Program-made: the position numbers and the translations under genes
Assembly: GCF_006345805.1 (NCBI RefSeq)
Contig: NW_021831836.1
Coordinates: forward strand, 565-64,564
DNA: 64,000 nt
Direction of reading: 5' to 3'
From: Octopus sinensis
Taxonomy: Eukaryota
The notes under the pieces: model-generated
What the model was told of the DNA's origin: nothing
The model's database searches: none
Seen by the model: the letters and a program-made list of their open reading frames with translations, nothing else
Part shown: positions 63,291-64,000 of the stretch, piece by piece
Layout of the letters: each line of letters begins with the position of its first letter
Numbering within the stretch: position 1 is the first letter of the stretch

Positions 63291-64000
63291 TAAGGAGGGC
63301 ACTGAATTGAGCCATGCATCACTATTTGGCTGCAAGGTGGGATGGTGGAAAGCAAGTAATGTCACTAACTGCTTCAGGGTGAACTTTCATTTGATGTCAT
63401 CCCAGCTGTGTTGGACATCTATATTCTGGGGCATGGTGAGCCCATTAGTGTCAATCAGCAAGGGCTGATTCCAGTACATGGGGCACATCAGGTTCAGCTA
63501 ACCCATGAAGTATCTCAACGAGGAGGGTGCAGCTGGAGGAGACTAAGGAGAGATGGTCCAGCAGAGCTAGGTTCACTGTTGAACAAAAATCAAGGCCACT
63601 GAATTTAGTGCATAGTTTAACCTGTTGCCAGCTGGTTATATTGTATAAGATGGTTCTGAAACCCATCTTCCTCTTTTTCTGCCTTTCTTCAGAAAACAAG
63701 ATTTTCTCCTAAACAAAACAAAAAAAAAAACATTTGCTCTTGGATTTATATTTAAAAAATGATGAAATATTCTGCTTTTATATTTTGGGTCAACTTGACT
63801 TATGAATGCAAGTGCCAGAAAGAATTATCCAAAATTATAACTGCATCCTTTTTCTTAATATATATATATATTACATATACAGGAGTGGCTGTAAGGTTAA
63901 TATATCTAATAATGTTAATTAATGAAATTATTGTATACAGTGCTCAGCTGCACCACAACTTGTCAAACAGTGCTTATAAAGTATATGCAGTAATGTACAA

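Overview
Eukaryotic, AT-rich, microsatellite-dense DNA, most likely an octopus. That assignment is inferred from the SINE/RTE repeat families and repeat landscape, not from a search. One host gene runs on the + strand: OSTF1 (SH3 + ankyrin). Five coding exons are identifiable with canonical AG/GT borders and consistent phases (12774-12820, 40925-41039, 54254-54345, 58778-58897, 62669-62747). The first and last exons were not found and probably lie outside the window. The rest is intronic and mostly transposon-derived: a CR1/L2-group LINE, several RTE LINEs, a Gypsy LTR element with TSD, maT, mariner, pogo and piggyBac remnants, two Helitron families, SINEs, MITEs and satellites. The main structure is a 15-kb head-to-head palindrome (24409-39419). 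It is built from a Naiad-type Penelope-like element (PLE) whose ~3.76-kb 3' part is duplicated in inverted orientation. Each outer end carries a type I hammerhead ribozyme, and a near full-length Helitron sits in one arm only. Reading by eye found four more hammerhead or hammerhead-remnant motifs of other families (2329-2449, 3317-3409, 18636-18720, 57030-57069). Other points of interest: a higher-order tandem array of an RTE 3' UTR, a PHD finger inside RTE ORF2, inverted Helitron MITEs bracketing the in-frame SH3 exon pair, and a genomic Arg (AGG) at a normally Gly ankyrin position that one A-to-I edit would restore. Most listed ORFs (YIYI/HTHT types) are microsatellite artefacts. No CRISPR, rRNA or genuine tRNA was seen.
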